Shown here: positions 8,528-18,102 of the stretch, in pieces
Layout: each line of letters begins with the position of its first letter
Numbering within the stretch: the stretch's first letter is position 1
Assembly: GCA_963664225.1 (NCBI GenBank)
Contig: OY760937.1
Span: forward strand, 3,200,001-3,264,000
From: Verrucomicrobiia bacterium
GTDB taxonomy: Bacteria; Verrucomicrobiota; Verrucomicrobiia; Limisphaerales; UBA1319
Direction of reading: 5' to 3'
DNA length: 64,000 nucleotides
Translations under genes and position numbers: made by a program
The notes under the pieces: model-generated
Seen by the model: only the letters and a program-made list of their open reading frames with translations
What the model was told of the DNA's origin: nothing
Database searches by the model: none

Positions 8528-10527
8528 AAACGTTGCTGGTCCTGGGGAAAAACCCCGCGCTTGCCGCCTCCTTAAGGACGGTGCTGGACCCGCAAGCTTA
8601 TCGTGTTCTGGCCAAAGGCGAGGTGTGGGAGGCGGAGCCGCTTTTACGTCCCGGATTGATCGATGCCTTCGTGTTGGACGCCGACCAATCCTCGATGCAG
8701 CCCCTGCACATGGTCCAGAGGTTGCGCCGGGCGATCACCGGCTGCCCGATTTTTATTTTCACCGAGTCCCAGCCGTGGACCTGGGAGGAGGAAGCGTATC
8801 TCGAAGGTGTCAATCAGGTGCTGACCAAACCGCTGAGGGGCCGACTCTTTAACGCCATCCTTGAGCGACTTTGGGCAGCGACGCCGCCCCCCGTGAGCGG
8901 CGCCCTTCCGACGGTGAAAGCCCCCGAACGGGCGGAGAGCGATCCGGCCCAGAGCATGAGCCACACGCTGGGTGTGTTGCGGGATTTCTCCGCGGTATTA
9001 AGCCACAGCCTCTGTTCGGAAGCGCTGCTCAAGCAGTTCCTGCTGATGCTGCGGGAGATCATGGGGGTGAATCGGGCGGCGATATTCCTGCGCCAGCCGC
9101 CCCCCTCGCTTAATCCCACAGGGGATCCGGGCGAGGACCGCCAGATGCCTTCGGCGTGCGCGATCGGCATTGCGCCCGAATTTCTGCAGCACTTTGCGTT
9201 ATCCCTTGAGGCGGGCATTGGCGGCTATGTGTTCCGCAGGGGGCGCATTTTAAAGAGTCAAAGCGAGGATGCCCTGCGGGATGTGGAACTGCAAAAGGAG
9301 TTTGAATTGCTGGGGGCGCAGGTGGCGATTCCGATCCTGGACCGCGAATCGCTCATTGGGGTGGCGGTGTTCGACAGCCCGCTCACGGGAGAGCCGTTCA
9401 CCAACGAAGTGCTGGCGCTGGCTTTTCATTTGCTGGAGCAATTGGGCCTGGCCATCAAGAATAGCTGGCTTTACGACCAGCTTTCCGCCAATCACGAGAT
9501 GATGACGGACATCCTCAGCCAGCTGGCCAGCGGCTGTGTGGTGGTGGGCCGCAATCTCGAGATCCTCCATGCCAATCGCATGGCCCGCTCCCTTTTCTCG
9601 CAACGGGAAGGCTACGTGCTGGCGCTGGACTTTTGCGAATTGCCCCAGACGCTGGGAAGCAAGGTTTTCGAGGTGCTCAAAACCGGCAAGGCCGCCCCTT
9701 CGTTCAAGTATCGTCAAAATCAAGGGGGCGAGAAAATTTTCGAGATTCTCATCAGTCCTTTCCACCGGCGCAATGCCAACTCGCCAAGCGCCGCATTGGT
9801 GCTGATCGAAGATGTCACGCAGATCGAGCGCACGAAGGAGCTGGAGATCGAGTCGGCCAATCTGCGTCTGATGGCCGGCATGTCCGAACATCTGGCCCAC
9901 GAAATAGGCAATGCCCTGGTGCCCGTTTCCACGCATCAGCAGCTCCTCAACGAACGTTGGTCCGATCCCGAGTTTCGCGACAGCCTCAACCTTGCCATGG
10001 GCGACAGTGTTCATCGCATTGGGCGCCTGGCCCGGCAAATGTTGTATCTGTCCCGGGACAAGTTTGAAAAGATGGAGTCGATTCCTCTCGAATCGCTCAT
10101 TTCCGAGGCCTTTGCGGTGGCCCAAAACAACCAGAGCGCCAGGCAGGCGAAATTGGTGTTTGAGAAGAGAGAGTCCTTCACTCTGGCCGGGGATAAAGCC
10201 GCGTTAAGGCACGCGCTATCGGAAATCTTGCTCAATGCCATTCAGGCCAGCCCGGAAGCTCCCGAGGCCCGCATTCGCATTCACCGGGGCACCAACGGCC
10301 ACAGCCAGCTCGTCCAGATCGAGGTCCGGGATGGCGGTCCGGGATTCACCGCGGACGCGATGCGCTGCGCCCAGCAACCCTTCTTCTCAACCCGCAATGT
10401 TGGAGTCGGCCTGGGGTTGACTGTCAGCCGCAAGATCATCGAGGGCCACCACGGGATACTCGATGTGGGCAGTGGAGAAACAGGCGCCAATGGCATCGTA
10501 TGCGTGTCCCTGCCCGTCAAAATCTGA
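8524..10527 (+). CDS. Cytoplasmic hybrid histidine kinase (receiver-like, GAF, PAS, HisKA, HATPase)
   Basis: Receiver-like N-terminus (FVLDAD...LTKP); LAHEIGN, NAIQA, DGGPG, FFST and GVGLGL; ATGA overlap with the previous gene. Confidence 0.9.
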   Translation: MKTLLVLGKNPALAASLRTVLDPQAYRVLAKGEVWEAEPLLRPGLIDAFVLDADQSSMQPLHMVQRLRRAITGCPIFIFTESQPWTWEEEAYLEGVNQVLTKPLRGRLFNAILERLWAATPPPVSGALPTVKAPERAESDPAQSMSHTLGVLRDFSAVLSHSLCSEALLKQFLLMLREIMGVNRAAIFLRQPPPSLNPTGDPGEDRQMPSACAIGIAPEFLQHFALSLEAGIGGYVFRRGRILKSQSEDALRDVELQKEFELLGAQVAIPILDRESLIGVAVFDSPLTGEPFTNEVLALAFHLLEQLGLAIKNSWLYDQLSANHEMMTDILSQLASGCVVVGRNLEILHANRMARSLFSQREGYVLALDFCELPQTLGSKVFEVLKTGKAAPSFKYRQNQGGEKIFEILISPFHRRNANSPSAALVLIEDVTQIERTKELEIESANLRLMAGMSEHLAHEIGNALVPVSTHQQLLNERWSDPEFRDSLNLAMGDSVHRIGRLARQMLYLSRDKFEKMESIPLESLISEAFAVAQNNQSARQAKLVFEKRESFTLAGDKAALRHALSEILLNAIQASPEAPEARIRIHRGTNGHSQLVQIEVRDGGPGFTADAMRCAQQPFFSTRNVGVGLGLTVSRKIIEGHHGILDVGSGETGANGIVCVSLPVKI

Positions 10528-10651
10528 GTGGAAGGCCGAAATCCGCCCAGGCTCCAGCGAACGGTGAATCTGCCGGGGGCGAAAGAAGCCGTTCCTCCAG
10601 CCGCCAGCGGTTGAGACCGTGGTTCACCCGTGTCGGTTCCAACTTCGACTT

Positions 10652-11866
10652 ATGAAAAACCTTGTTTTCGCCTTTTTAATGGGGACCTTTGCTGTTGGCG
10701 CCGCCGATTCGGCCACGCCGCAATTGGAAGTGCCAAAGAATCTTTATTCCCAGTGGTCCAATGGGCCTTCGGCAGCCCCATCCTTTTTCCCGATTGCCGT
10801 CTGGCTCCAATCCCCGGCCAACGCGCCCCAGTATTTGAAAGCGGGGTTCAACACTTTCGTCGGCTTGTGGAACGGCCCGACCGAGGAGCAACTGGCCACG
10901 CTCAAGAAGCACGGGATGAAAGTCATTTGCGACCAGAACGAAGTGGGTCTGAAGCATCTGGACGATCCCATCATCATCGGCTGGATGCATGGGGATGAGC
11001 CGGATAACGCGCAATCCCTGGGGTCGGATCACGGTTATGGACCGCCCATCCCGCCCTCCAAGATCATCGCCAATTACCAACGGATACGTGCGGCCGATCC
11101 GTCACGGCCGGTGATGCTCAACCTGGGGCAGGGTGTGGCGTGGGATGGCTATTACGGACGGGGCGTGCGCACCAACCATCCGGAGGATTACCCCGAATAC
11201 ATCAAGGGCTGCGACCTGGTTTCGTTCGATATTTATCCCGTGACGCACGAATCCCCCCAGGTGGCGGGCAAGCTCTGGTATGTTCCGCAGGGCGTGGAGC
11301 GCCTGAACGGCTGGAGCCGGGGAACGAAAGTCGTCTGGAATTGCCTGGAATGCACGGCGATTGAAAGCACCACCCACAGGCCCACACCACAAAATCTGCG
11401 TTCCGAGGCCTGGATGTCCCTGATTCGCGGTTCCCGGGGGCTCATTTATTTTGCGCATGAATTCAAACCGAAATTCGTGGAGGCGGGATTGCTGAAGGAT
11501 CCCGAAATGCTGGCTGCGGCCACCGCCCTGAATCATCAAATCACCTCGCTAGCCCCCGTTCTCAACAGCCCGTCACTGCCGGGGGCGGTCACCGTTCAGT
11601 CGCGCAATGCGGAGGTGCCCATTGCCGCAATGATCCGACGCCTGGATGGGGTGACTTATGTATTCGCAGTTGGCATGAGGGATGGCCGCACCGAGGCGGA
11701 ATTTCAGTTACGGGACCGTACCGGCGAAACGCCTGTGGAAGTCCTGGGAGAAAACCGCAGTCTTACCTCCAGGGACGGACGGTTCACCGACGCCTTCGGC
11801 CCATGGGATGTGCGGATTTACAGGCTTGGGGACCGCAGCGCGTCCGCAGGGTCTGGAACAAAGTAA
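10652..11866 (+). CDS. Exported putative glycoside hydrolase (TIM-barrel, clan A-like)
   Basis: Signal peptide MKNLVFAFLMGTFAVGA; GWMHGDEPD and SFDIYP motifs; C-terminal beta domain. Confidence 0.7.
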   Translation: MKNLVFAFLMGTFAVGAADSATPQLEVPKNLYSQWSNGPSAAPSFFPIAVWLQSPANAPQYLKAGFNTFVGLWNGPTEEQLATLKKHGMKVICDQNEVGLKHLDDPIIIGWMHGDEPDNAQSLGSDHGYGPPIPPSKIIANYQRIRAADPSRPVMLNLGQGVAWDGYYGRGVRTNHPEDYPEYIKGCDLVSFDIYPVTHESPQVAGKLWYVPQGVERLNGWSRGTKVVWNCLECTAIESTTHRPTPQNLRSEAWMSLIRGSRGLIYFAHEFKPKFVEAGLLKDPEMLAAATALNHQITSLAPVLNSPSLPGAVTVQSRNAEVPIAAMIRRLDGVTYVFAVGMRDGRTEAEFQLRDRTGETPVEVLGENRSLTSRDGRFTDAFGPWDVRIYRLGDRSASAGSGTK

Positions 11867-11938
11867 TCGGAACATGGAGAGTTTCCGCGTCGAAACTTCC
11901 CGCTTGTCCGTTGTTCGCGCATCGGCACAATAACGGGC

Positions 11939-12244
11939 ATGGCACAGATGGATTGCATTGCGGCGTTAAAGGCATTGGGCGAGGCCAATCGCCTGCGTAT
12001 CCTGCGCCTGCTGCTTAAAAGCGAGCTTGACGTTAACGGTATCGCCGAGACGCTGGCCATTTCCCAATACAACGTCTCCAAACATTTGCGCGTGTTGCGT
12101 GAAGCCGGATTTCTCGAAATGAAGAAACAGGGCCAGCAACGCCTCTATTCCCTCACCCCATCCTTGCGGGCGCATCTGGCGCACAACCGCAATGTATTGC
12201 GGCTGGATTGTTGCACGTTCGATTTTGACAAGCTGCCGCAGTAG
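11939..12244 (+). CDS. ArsR/SmtB family transcriptional regulator
   Basis: ALGEANRLRIL...SQYNVSKHLRVLREAG HTH; C-terminal CC. Confidence 0.92.
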   Translation: MAQMDCIAALKALGEANRLRILRLLLKSELDVNGIAETLAISQYNVSKHLRVLREAGFLEMKKQGQQRLYSLTPSLRAHLAHNRNVLRLDCCTFDFDKLPQ

Positions 12245-12252
12245 CCGATTCA

Positions 12253-12283
12253 AGCTATTGCAAATAAGTTGGTTGCAATAGCT
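12253..12283. promoter_or_regulatory. Perfect AT-rich inverted repeat, candidate operator
   Basis: AGCTATTGCAA-N9-TTGCAATAGCT. Confidence 0.5.
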
Positions 12284-12435
12284 CCACCCTCCGGGTTCCT
12301 CCGTGGCTAACTTTACAAACCGGGCATCATGGATTACTGTGAGCGTGGCAGTTAATTGAGATCGATCGTGCCTCCGGCGGTTTTCCCGCCTTTGGAATGA
12401 ATTCCGGTTTCGTTGGGATTGGAAATGGAAATATT

Positions 12436-12843
12436 ATGAAGACAATGGCTCCAGTGAACCCTGCAAAGAAAGCGGCTCCGAAATTAGGGGTAAAGCCTGC
12501 GGCATCGGTTGCGGCGGCTCACCTGAAAAACCGCGGCATAACCCCGCTACTCGGGAAGAAATTGATCCCTGTGGTCAAAAGCCATGTCAAGATCGCCAAA
12601 CCTCAGCCTCCCCAGATCGAAGACCGCGAGGAACCCAAGCCATTGCTCCAGTGGCCTGCGGACGCTCTTTTGCGCGAGACGACCCGTAACCTGATGGCCA
12701 TTAAGAATGCCGGGGTCGAATACGAGAGTATTGGAGATTATTTTAACAGCGGCGATCTCGCCTACCAATTGCAGGAAATCCTGCGCAATATCCAGGAGCT
12801 GAGCCGCAAGACTCAGCGGATTCGCGAAGCAAAGAATTCTTAA
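12436..12843 (+). CDS. Hypothetical protein with Lys/Ala/Pro-rich N-terminus and helical C-terminus
   Basis: Only sizeable ORF in the gap, with plausible composition; start uncertain. Confidence 0.6.
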   Translation: MKTMAPVNPAKKAAPKLGVKPAASVAAAHLKNRGITPLLGKKLIPVVKSHVKIAKPQPPQIEDREEPKPLLQWPADALLRETTRNLMAIKNAGVEYESIGDYFNSGDLAYQLQEILRNIQELSRKTQRIREAKNS

Positions 12844-12937
12844 CAGCCGCTTGGAGTAGGATTTTCAGGAGTGATTCAATGCTTGGCCTGTTCTTGGATG
12901 GGCCGATGTGTTTATGCCCATCGTAACAGCCACCACT

Positions 12938-13351
12938 TCATTCCCCTGAAACCTGTTTGCGGAGTTTCTTTTTGAACGAATTGTGGGATTTGTTCGCAAG
13001 AATGCGCTCCTTGGCGCTGCGGCTGCGGCCACGTTTTTGGCGACGTAGTTTCTCCTTTTCAGAGCGTGCAGCGTCGGCCCGTTCGCGTCGGATCGCCTCG
13101 ATTTTATCAAGGAGCAGACTGCGCGCAAGCAGGCGGTTCAATCCCTGCTGGCGGGTGGTTTGACACTTCACCTGCAGACCCGTCGGCAGGTGGGTCAACA
13201 TGACGCAGGTGGAGGTCTTGTTCACGTTTTGGCCGCCGTGGCCGCTGGATCTCACAAACGTCTGCCGCACGTCGGATTCCGACACCCCCAAAGTTTCCAT
13301 GCGGTGCAGGATCTGCGCCTCCTTGTCTGGAATGGTTTTTGCGTCGTTCAT
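12938..13351 (-). CDS. Short GGQ peptide chain release factor-like protein (ArfB/C12orf65-like)
   Basis: RSSGHGGQNVNKT...HLPTG...CQTTRQQ and a long basic C-terminal tail; 137 aa. Confidence 0.9.
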   Translation of the reverse strand: MNDAKTIPDKEAQILHRMETLGVSESDVRQTFVRSSGHGGQNVNKTSTCVMLTHLPTGLQVKCQTTRQQGLNRLLARSLLLDKIEAIRRERADAARSEKEKLRRQKRGRSRSAKERILANKSHNSFKKKLRKQVSGE

Positions 13352-14481
13352 GATTGCTCCCCATATTTTGGCTGGCGGACTTTGTAGGTCAGCAGTGGAC
13401 AGAGCGTGGCCACCACCTCGATCAATCCGGCATCCACCAGCGCGCCAATGACGGTCTCGATCTTCTTATACGCCACCGGCGCTTCCTCATACAGCAAATC
13501 GCGATCCTCACAGATCACCCGGCTGCCCAACTCGGTTTGCACCAACTGTTCCGGGCGAAACCGGTCGCGCACCCGGGCACGCGTATCACCCCGGGTCCAC
13601 TTGCGTCCAGCCCCATGGGCCAGCGACCAGCCATGGGCGGCGCCATCGCCCAGCGGCTTCACCAGATAGCTCAGGGTTCCACGGGAACCGGCAATGACCA
13701 GCACCGGAGCTTCGGAAGGGGTCGCGCCCTTGCGATGAACGCACAAGGTCCGGTCTCCCTCGCGCCGGAGTGTCAGGCTGTTATGGCAACTGTCGCAAAC
13801 CAGTTTGTGGCCGCCACCCATCTGCTCCATCCAGCGCCGGGCAATCAGGGACCGGTTGCCTCGCGCCCAACGCACCGCCTGATCATGCTGTTCCAAATAG
13901 GTCCGGGCATCCCCGGAATCCAGGGGAACGCCTGCCGCCGCATGCTTCTCCACATAGCCGCGCAAAATGGATTCCCCTAAACCGCGCGAACCGCTGTGCA
14001 CCAGCAAACATATTCGATCCTTGTCCAATCCCAATTGTTGCCACACCCCGGGCGAATCCACCGATTCGATGCGCTGCAATTCAGCAAAATGGTTCCCGCC
14101 GCCGATGGTGCCCAGGCTCGCGTCAAAAGGGGTTTCCGTGATGCCTTCATCCTGACGCCACTGGTCCAACAACCCTTCCCAGGGGGATTCCAATCCGCTC
14201 AAGCGTCCGGCCCATCGGTCGAGTTTGACTTTGCGCAAAGGGATATCGGTCTGCCAGAAACCCATGCCGCAGCCGATGTCGTTGCCGATCAGGTAGGGAT
14301 AAATCCGGTCCGCCGCCACAAATGCCGCGCCCACCGGGTGGCCTTTGCCGGGATGCAAGTCAGGCAGTCCAACGGCCAGCACCATTCCCTCCAGCAGTGC
14401 GGTTTGTTCGAGTTGTCTGACGGCTTCGCCTTCCATCCAGACCTTGGAGGAGGCGATGAGACGCACGTGATTAGTTTGCAT
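13348..14481 (-). CDS. rtcB2: RtcB-family RNA ligase, RtcB2 (release-factor-coupled) type
   Basis: VWMEGEAVRQL, PDLHPGKG, GNDIGCGM, GTIGGGNHFAE, HSGSRG, HRKGA, SLAHGAGRKW and EEAP motifs. Confidence 0.9.
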   Translation of the reverse strand: MQTNHVRLIASSKVWMEGEAVRQLEQTALLEGMVLAVGLPDLHPGKGHPVGAAFVAADRIYPYLIGNDIGCGMGFWQTDIPLRKVKLDRWAGRLSGLESPWEGLLDQWRQDEGITETPFDASLGTIGGGNHFAELQRIESVDSPGVWQQLGLDKDRICLLVHSGSRGLGESILRGYVEKHAAAGVPLDSGDARTYLEQHDQAVRWARGNRSLIARRWMEQMGGGHKLVCDSCHNSLTLRREGDRTLCVHRKGATPSEAPVLVIAGSRGTLSYLVKPLGDGAAHGWSLAHGAGRKWTRGDTRARVRDRFRPEQLVQTELGSRVICEDRDLLYEEAPVAYKKIETVIGALVDAGLIEVVATLCPLLTYKVRQPKYGEQS

Positions 14482-14818
14482 GAGAAAATTGAAATTGATT
14501 GTCGGGAAATGGAAAAACGAAAGGGTCACAAACTGCGAACGCAGTTGTTTCCTGAAGAACCAAACTTAAATTACTATCACCGAAAATGGATGTATTGCGC
14601 CCTCAATGTGAGACGACGGCACCCACTTTGCAAGCCAATATTTGACAGGCATTGAAATTGGGGCGCAGGACAAAATTCTTCCTGGAGGATCTTTGTCGAA
14701 CAACTCACTCCAACTCCCCGCTCGTGCCATGTTCAGATGTCAGGGCGAGGGAGAGGACGTGCGCGGTTGGTTGATTCGGTGGCGGCCTGTTATGGAAAGG
14801 GGCGACGCGTCATCGGGT

Positions 14819-15859
14819 TCATTGTTGTGCGGCGCGCGCCTTCACCAGGTCGAGAACAAAGATGCCGTGGCCGACACCAGCGGCCTCGCGCGAGTTGGCC
14901 ATCTGAAAGGCAATGAACCGGCCATCGTCGCTCACGACGGGATTCGACGCCTTGTACCCGGGATAGTCGCTGAAATAAGTGAGCCGTTCATAAGCGCCGC
15001 TCCCGTCGAGTTTGAGCTTCCACAAGTCAACACAACCCGGACCCTTGAGGTTTTGTTTGTCGCATTCGACGAGCGTGTATTCACCGTCCGGGAAAATGCC
15101 CTCGGGCTCGTCATATTGGCGGAGGGCATTGGAATAATTGATGACTTTCTTCGTCACCAAGTCGATCCCGGCGACCTCCGTGGCTTGGTAACCGTAAGCG
15201 CTGAAGGTCAGTTCGCGTTCTTCGGGCGGCCGGTAGTTCTGCGTCTCCAGTGTGCATTTGAAGGGAAGATCGCGGCTGTCAATGATGAGTCGCTGGTTTG
15301 CCAGTTGGGGCGTGCCGTCCTTGTAAACGATGTCCGCCTCCTGCATGCGTGAGCTTCCTGCCGGCATCTCGTCCGGATATTCGTCGGCGACGTGCGTCCA
15401 TGCGATGTGCTGACGTTTGCGGGAGACTGCCGGGCCTTCCGAGCATTTGGTGCCCAGCGGAACAGCGGGTTTCGTCCCGGTCTTTTCAAGAACGTAAAGC
15501 CAGCACTGCACCCGCGCGTCGCCCGATTTTTTTGGTTCAAAATTCTCGGGGCCGGAAAGCAGGATGTCGCCGTTGGCGAGGTAGAGGGCGCGTGTGTAGC
15601 CGTGGTGCGGGTAGTGGGCGGTGCGGTTGCGAATCCGCATCGTCGCGAGGTCAAGCTCCATGGCGTCGCCGAAAGTTTTCGACAAGAACAGGATGTGCTG
15701 TCCGTCGTGCGACCAATCGGCCCGTTCGCCAAACCAGGTCACCTGGCGGATGTGCGGCGGCAAATGGTCGGCGGGGCTATCGCCCGGCGCAGGATCGGCG
15801 GCGAACAGAACGGGAAGGACACCCAGCCAGGCGGTGAGGGCCAGATACAGTGGTTTCAT
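14819..15859 (-). CDS. Exported TolB-like beta-propeller protein
   Basis: Signal peptide; PD40-like repeats (ADWSHDGQHI, IFPDGEY, VVSDDGRFIAF). Confidence 0.75.
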   Translation of the reverse strand: MKPLYLALTAWLGVLPVLFAADPAPGDSPADHLPPHIRQVTWFGERADWSHDGQHILFLSKTFGDAMELDLATMRIRNRTAHYPHHGYTRALYLANGDILLSGPENFEPKKSGDARVQCWLYVLEKTGTKPAVPLGTKCSEGPAVSRKRQHIAWTHVADEYPDEMPAGSSRMQEADIVYKDGTPQLANQRLIIDSRDLPFKCTLETQNYRPPEERELTFSAYGYQATEVAGIDLVTKKVINYSNALRQYDEPEGIFPDGEYTLVECDKQNLKGPGCVDLWKLKLDGSGAYERLTYFSDYPGYKASNPVVSDDGRFIAFQMANSREAAGVGHGIFVLDLVKARAAQQ

Positions 15860-15906
15860 ACTTTGTTTTCAGGTGATAAAGGTTCAATGAAATCGCGGCG
15901 AACGGT

Positions 15907-18096
15907 TCACAGGTCAATGGCCACGACCTCATGGTCCAGAATGGCCGGCACCGTGACGCACAGGTATTCGCCAGAGTGCCCGGCACGAACACTTTTCCCG
16001 GCGGCCAGAAGCTGGACCTTTTTGGCCCGCGTTCCGTCGGGCAGACGCACGCGGACCTTCTGTTCGCCGATGGGAATGAGTTCGCGCACCGGTCCCTTCA
16101 TCATCATCGGGTTTGTGAGGTTGACCAGATGAACGGTGAGGGAGTTCTTTTGCCGCCACAGGGTGACGTCCAGGACACCGGGGCCGGTGACGGTGACGGG
16201 GGGCGGTTCGTTCGTGGCCCAGGTCACTGCGTTGCGAAGGAGCTTTAAGTGATCCACCGAAAGGACTTCCCAAAACGTGCGGTCGATATCCCACGGAAAA
16301 TAGGCCACCCGCCCTGCGCCCAGCTCACGGAGATAGACTTGCGGCACGTCGGTCTTGAGCACGCGCGGATAGACCTGCTCCATCGGGAGGTCGGGGTACG
16401 AGGGGATCAGCGTGAGCGGGGGATTTGGAAAGGGCCGGGCGGCCTGGACCTCGACGCAGCGCACGCCATTGATGATACGGGTAGCGTCCTCCAACCCGGC
16501 CAGAAGCGGATGGCGCCGGCCCGTCGCGGGATCGGATTCGAGCCGCAGATAGGAATTCTGCATCGGGCCAGTGATACTGCCTTTGAAGTTGACTCCAAAG
16601 AGGTCGGCCAGGCCGAAGTCTTTTCGCTTCACCCCCCATTCGTCGTAAAGGCTCGTTTCATAGGTGGCGATGAGGCCGCCGCCCCGTTCAACAAACGCGT
16701 GGAGCTGCGCGCATTGCGATTCGGAAAGGGCGGCAATGTCCGGCAGAATGAGCGTCTTGAACGGGCTGATGTGCGCCTGGTTGAGCAACCGGTCATGCAC
16801 CATTTCGAACGGTATGCGCGACTCGATGAGCGCCTGATACCAGCCCAGCGCGTGATCCTCGGCACGGCCACCGTGAAACCATGCGGTTTGCTGCGAATAA
16901 ACGAGGCCGACGCGCGCGAGGGGACGCTCGTTGCGCAGGTATTTCTCCCAGCGGGCGTAGCGGCGGTAAAGATCCTCCACCGGTTTCAGCCAGCGTTCGT
17001 CATGGAGAACGCCGGAAAACTTGGTGAACCACGGGCGCAGGTCATTGGCGACACCGTCCGCCACCCAGAGACGAATCTCCGCTTCGTTCTGCACGCTATC
17101 CTTCCAGCGGTAGGGTTCCTCGACGCCCACGCTGAAGATGCCGACGATGGGTTTGCGGCCCATGGTGGCGCGGAATTCCTTCCCGTTTTTACCGTTGAGC
17201 CACGGGGCCGCGAGACCCCGGCGGGCCTGTCGGTCCGCAATCAGGGTGGGTGCGATTTCGCCGATGCGTTGCATGTCGAGCGCACTGGTCGCGCCGCCGC
17301 CGGTGTTCGGGATGACGCACGAGTCGGGATTGATTTTGCGGACCTCGGAGTCCCACAGGCGCCACAAGTCAAAGAGCCTTTGCTGGTTCCAGAGAATGTA
17401 GGCCCGCCGCGCTGGATCCTGTGGATCACTGGTGCGGGGCAGCTTGTGCCCCGATGCGGTTTGGAAGTTCTTCTGGCAATGCTCGCAATAGCACATCCCG
17501 GAGCCGTCCCAGCGGTTGATGAATATGGCGTCCACGCGGTAGCGGGACATGATCTCCTTATGCACATCGGTCATGAACTCGAAGTTGTAGGGGCCGAGTC
17601 CGCAGGTCACCCACATCTCTGGAGAGGCCCAGTGCCGGCGTGGCCTGCCCGCCGCGTCCACCGCGATCCAATCCGGGTGGGCCGCCTGCACCTCGTTGTA
17701 GGTCGCGTGGGGGTCGGTGCGGGCGATGACAACCATGCCCAGCTTCCGGCAGCCGGCGACGAGATCGCCAAAAACGTCGCGGTCGCCCAGCCATGCGCTG
17801 CGATGATGGAACGGCACCTTTGTTGGATAATAGGCGACACATCCGCCCGCGCTGAGGCAGACGGCGTCGGAGCGGGTTCGCTTGAAATAGTCGAGCCAGA
17901 ACTGGATGTCGAACTTGCCCGGGTCATCTTCGACGAGGGTCAGCTGTGCCCAGCGCATGGGCTTGTCCACCCAACCCGGTGTGGGCGCGGCTGCGGCGAT
18001 CATTTCCGCGCCGCTGAGCCGGGTCCACGACAGTTCTCCCAGGGCGACTGTTGCGCCAGCGACACTGACGGTTTTCAAGAAGCTTCGACGATTCAT
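15907..18096 (-). CDS. Tat-exported putative glycoside hydrolase (GHL6-like with beta-galactosidase trimerisation-type domain)
   Basis: MNRRSFLK Tat motif; TIM-barrel-like N-terminal half with CYCEHC; LILPDIAALS...FVERGGGLIAT GATase-like domain. Confidence 0.8.
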   Translation of the reverse strand: MNRRSFLKTVSVAGATVALGELSWTRLSGAEMIAAAAPTPGWVDKPMRWAQLTLVEDDPGKFDIQFWLDYFKRTRSDAVCLSAGGCVAYYPTKVPFHHRSAWLGDRDVFGDLVAGCRKLGMVVIARTDPHATYNEVQAAHPDWIAVDAAGRPRRHWASPEMWVTCGLGPYNFEFMTDVHKEIMSRYRVDAIFINRWDGSGMCYCEHCQKNFQTASGHKLPRTSDPQDPARRAYILWNQQRLFDLWRLWDSEVRKINPDSCVIPNTGGGATSALDMQRIGEIAPTLIADRQARRGLAAPWLNGKNGKEFRATMGRKPIVGIFSVGVEEPYRWKDSVQNEAEIRLWVADGVANDLRPWFTKFSGVLHDERWLKPVEDLYRRYARWEKYLRNERPLARVGLVYSQQTAWFHGGRAEDHALGWYQALIESRIPFEMVHDRLLNQAHISPFKTLILPDIAALSESQCAQLHAFVERGGGLIATYETSLYDEWGVKRKDFGLADLFGVNFKGSITGPMQNSYLRLESDPATGRRHPLLAGLEDATRIINGVRCVEVQAARPFPNPPLTLIPSYPDLPMEQVYPRVLKTDVPQVYLRELGAGRVAYFPWDIDRTFWEVLSVDHLKLLRNAVTWATNEPPPVTVTGPGVLDVTLWRQKNSLTVHLVNLTNPMMMKGPVRELIPIGEQKVRVRLPDGTRAKKVQLLAAGKSVRAGHSGEYLCVTVPAILDHEVVAIDL

Positions 18097-18102
18097 ATGT
18101 GT

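Noticed and set aside
12938..13351. Annotation as prfH
   Set aside because: Too short, lacks the PrfH N-terminal domain and has an ArfB-like basic tail.
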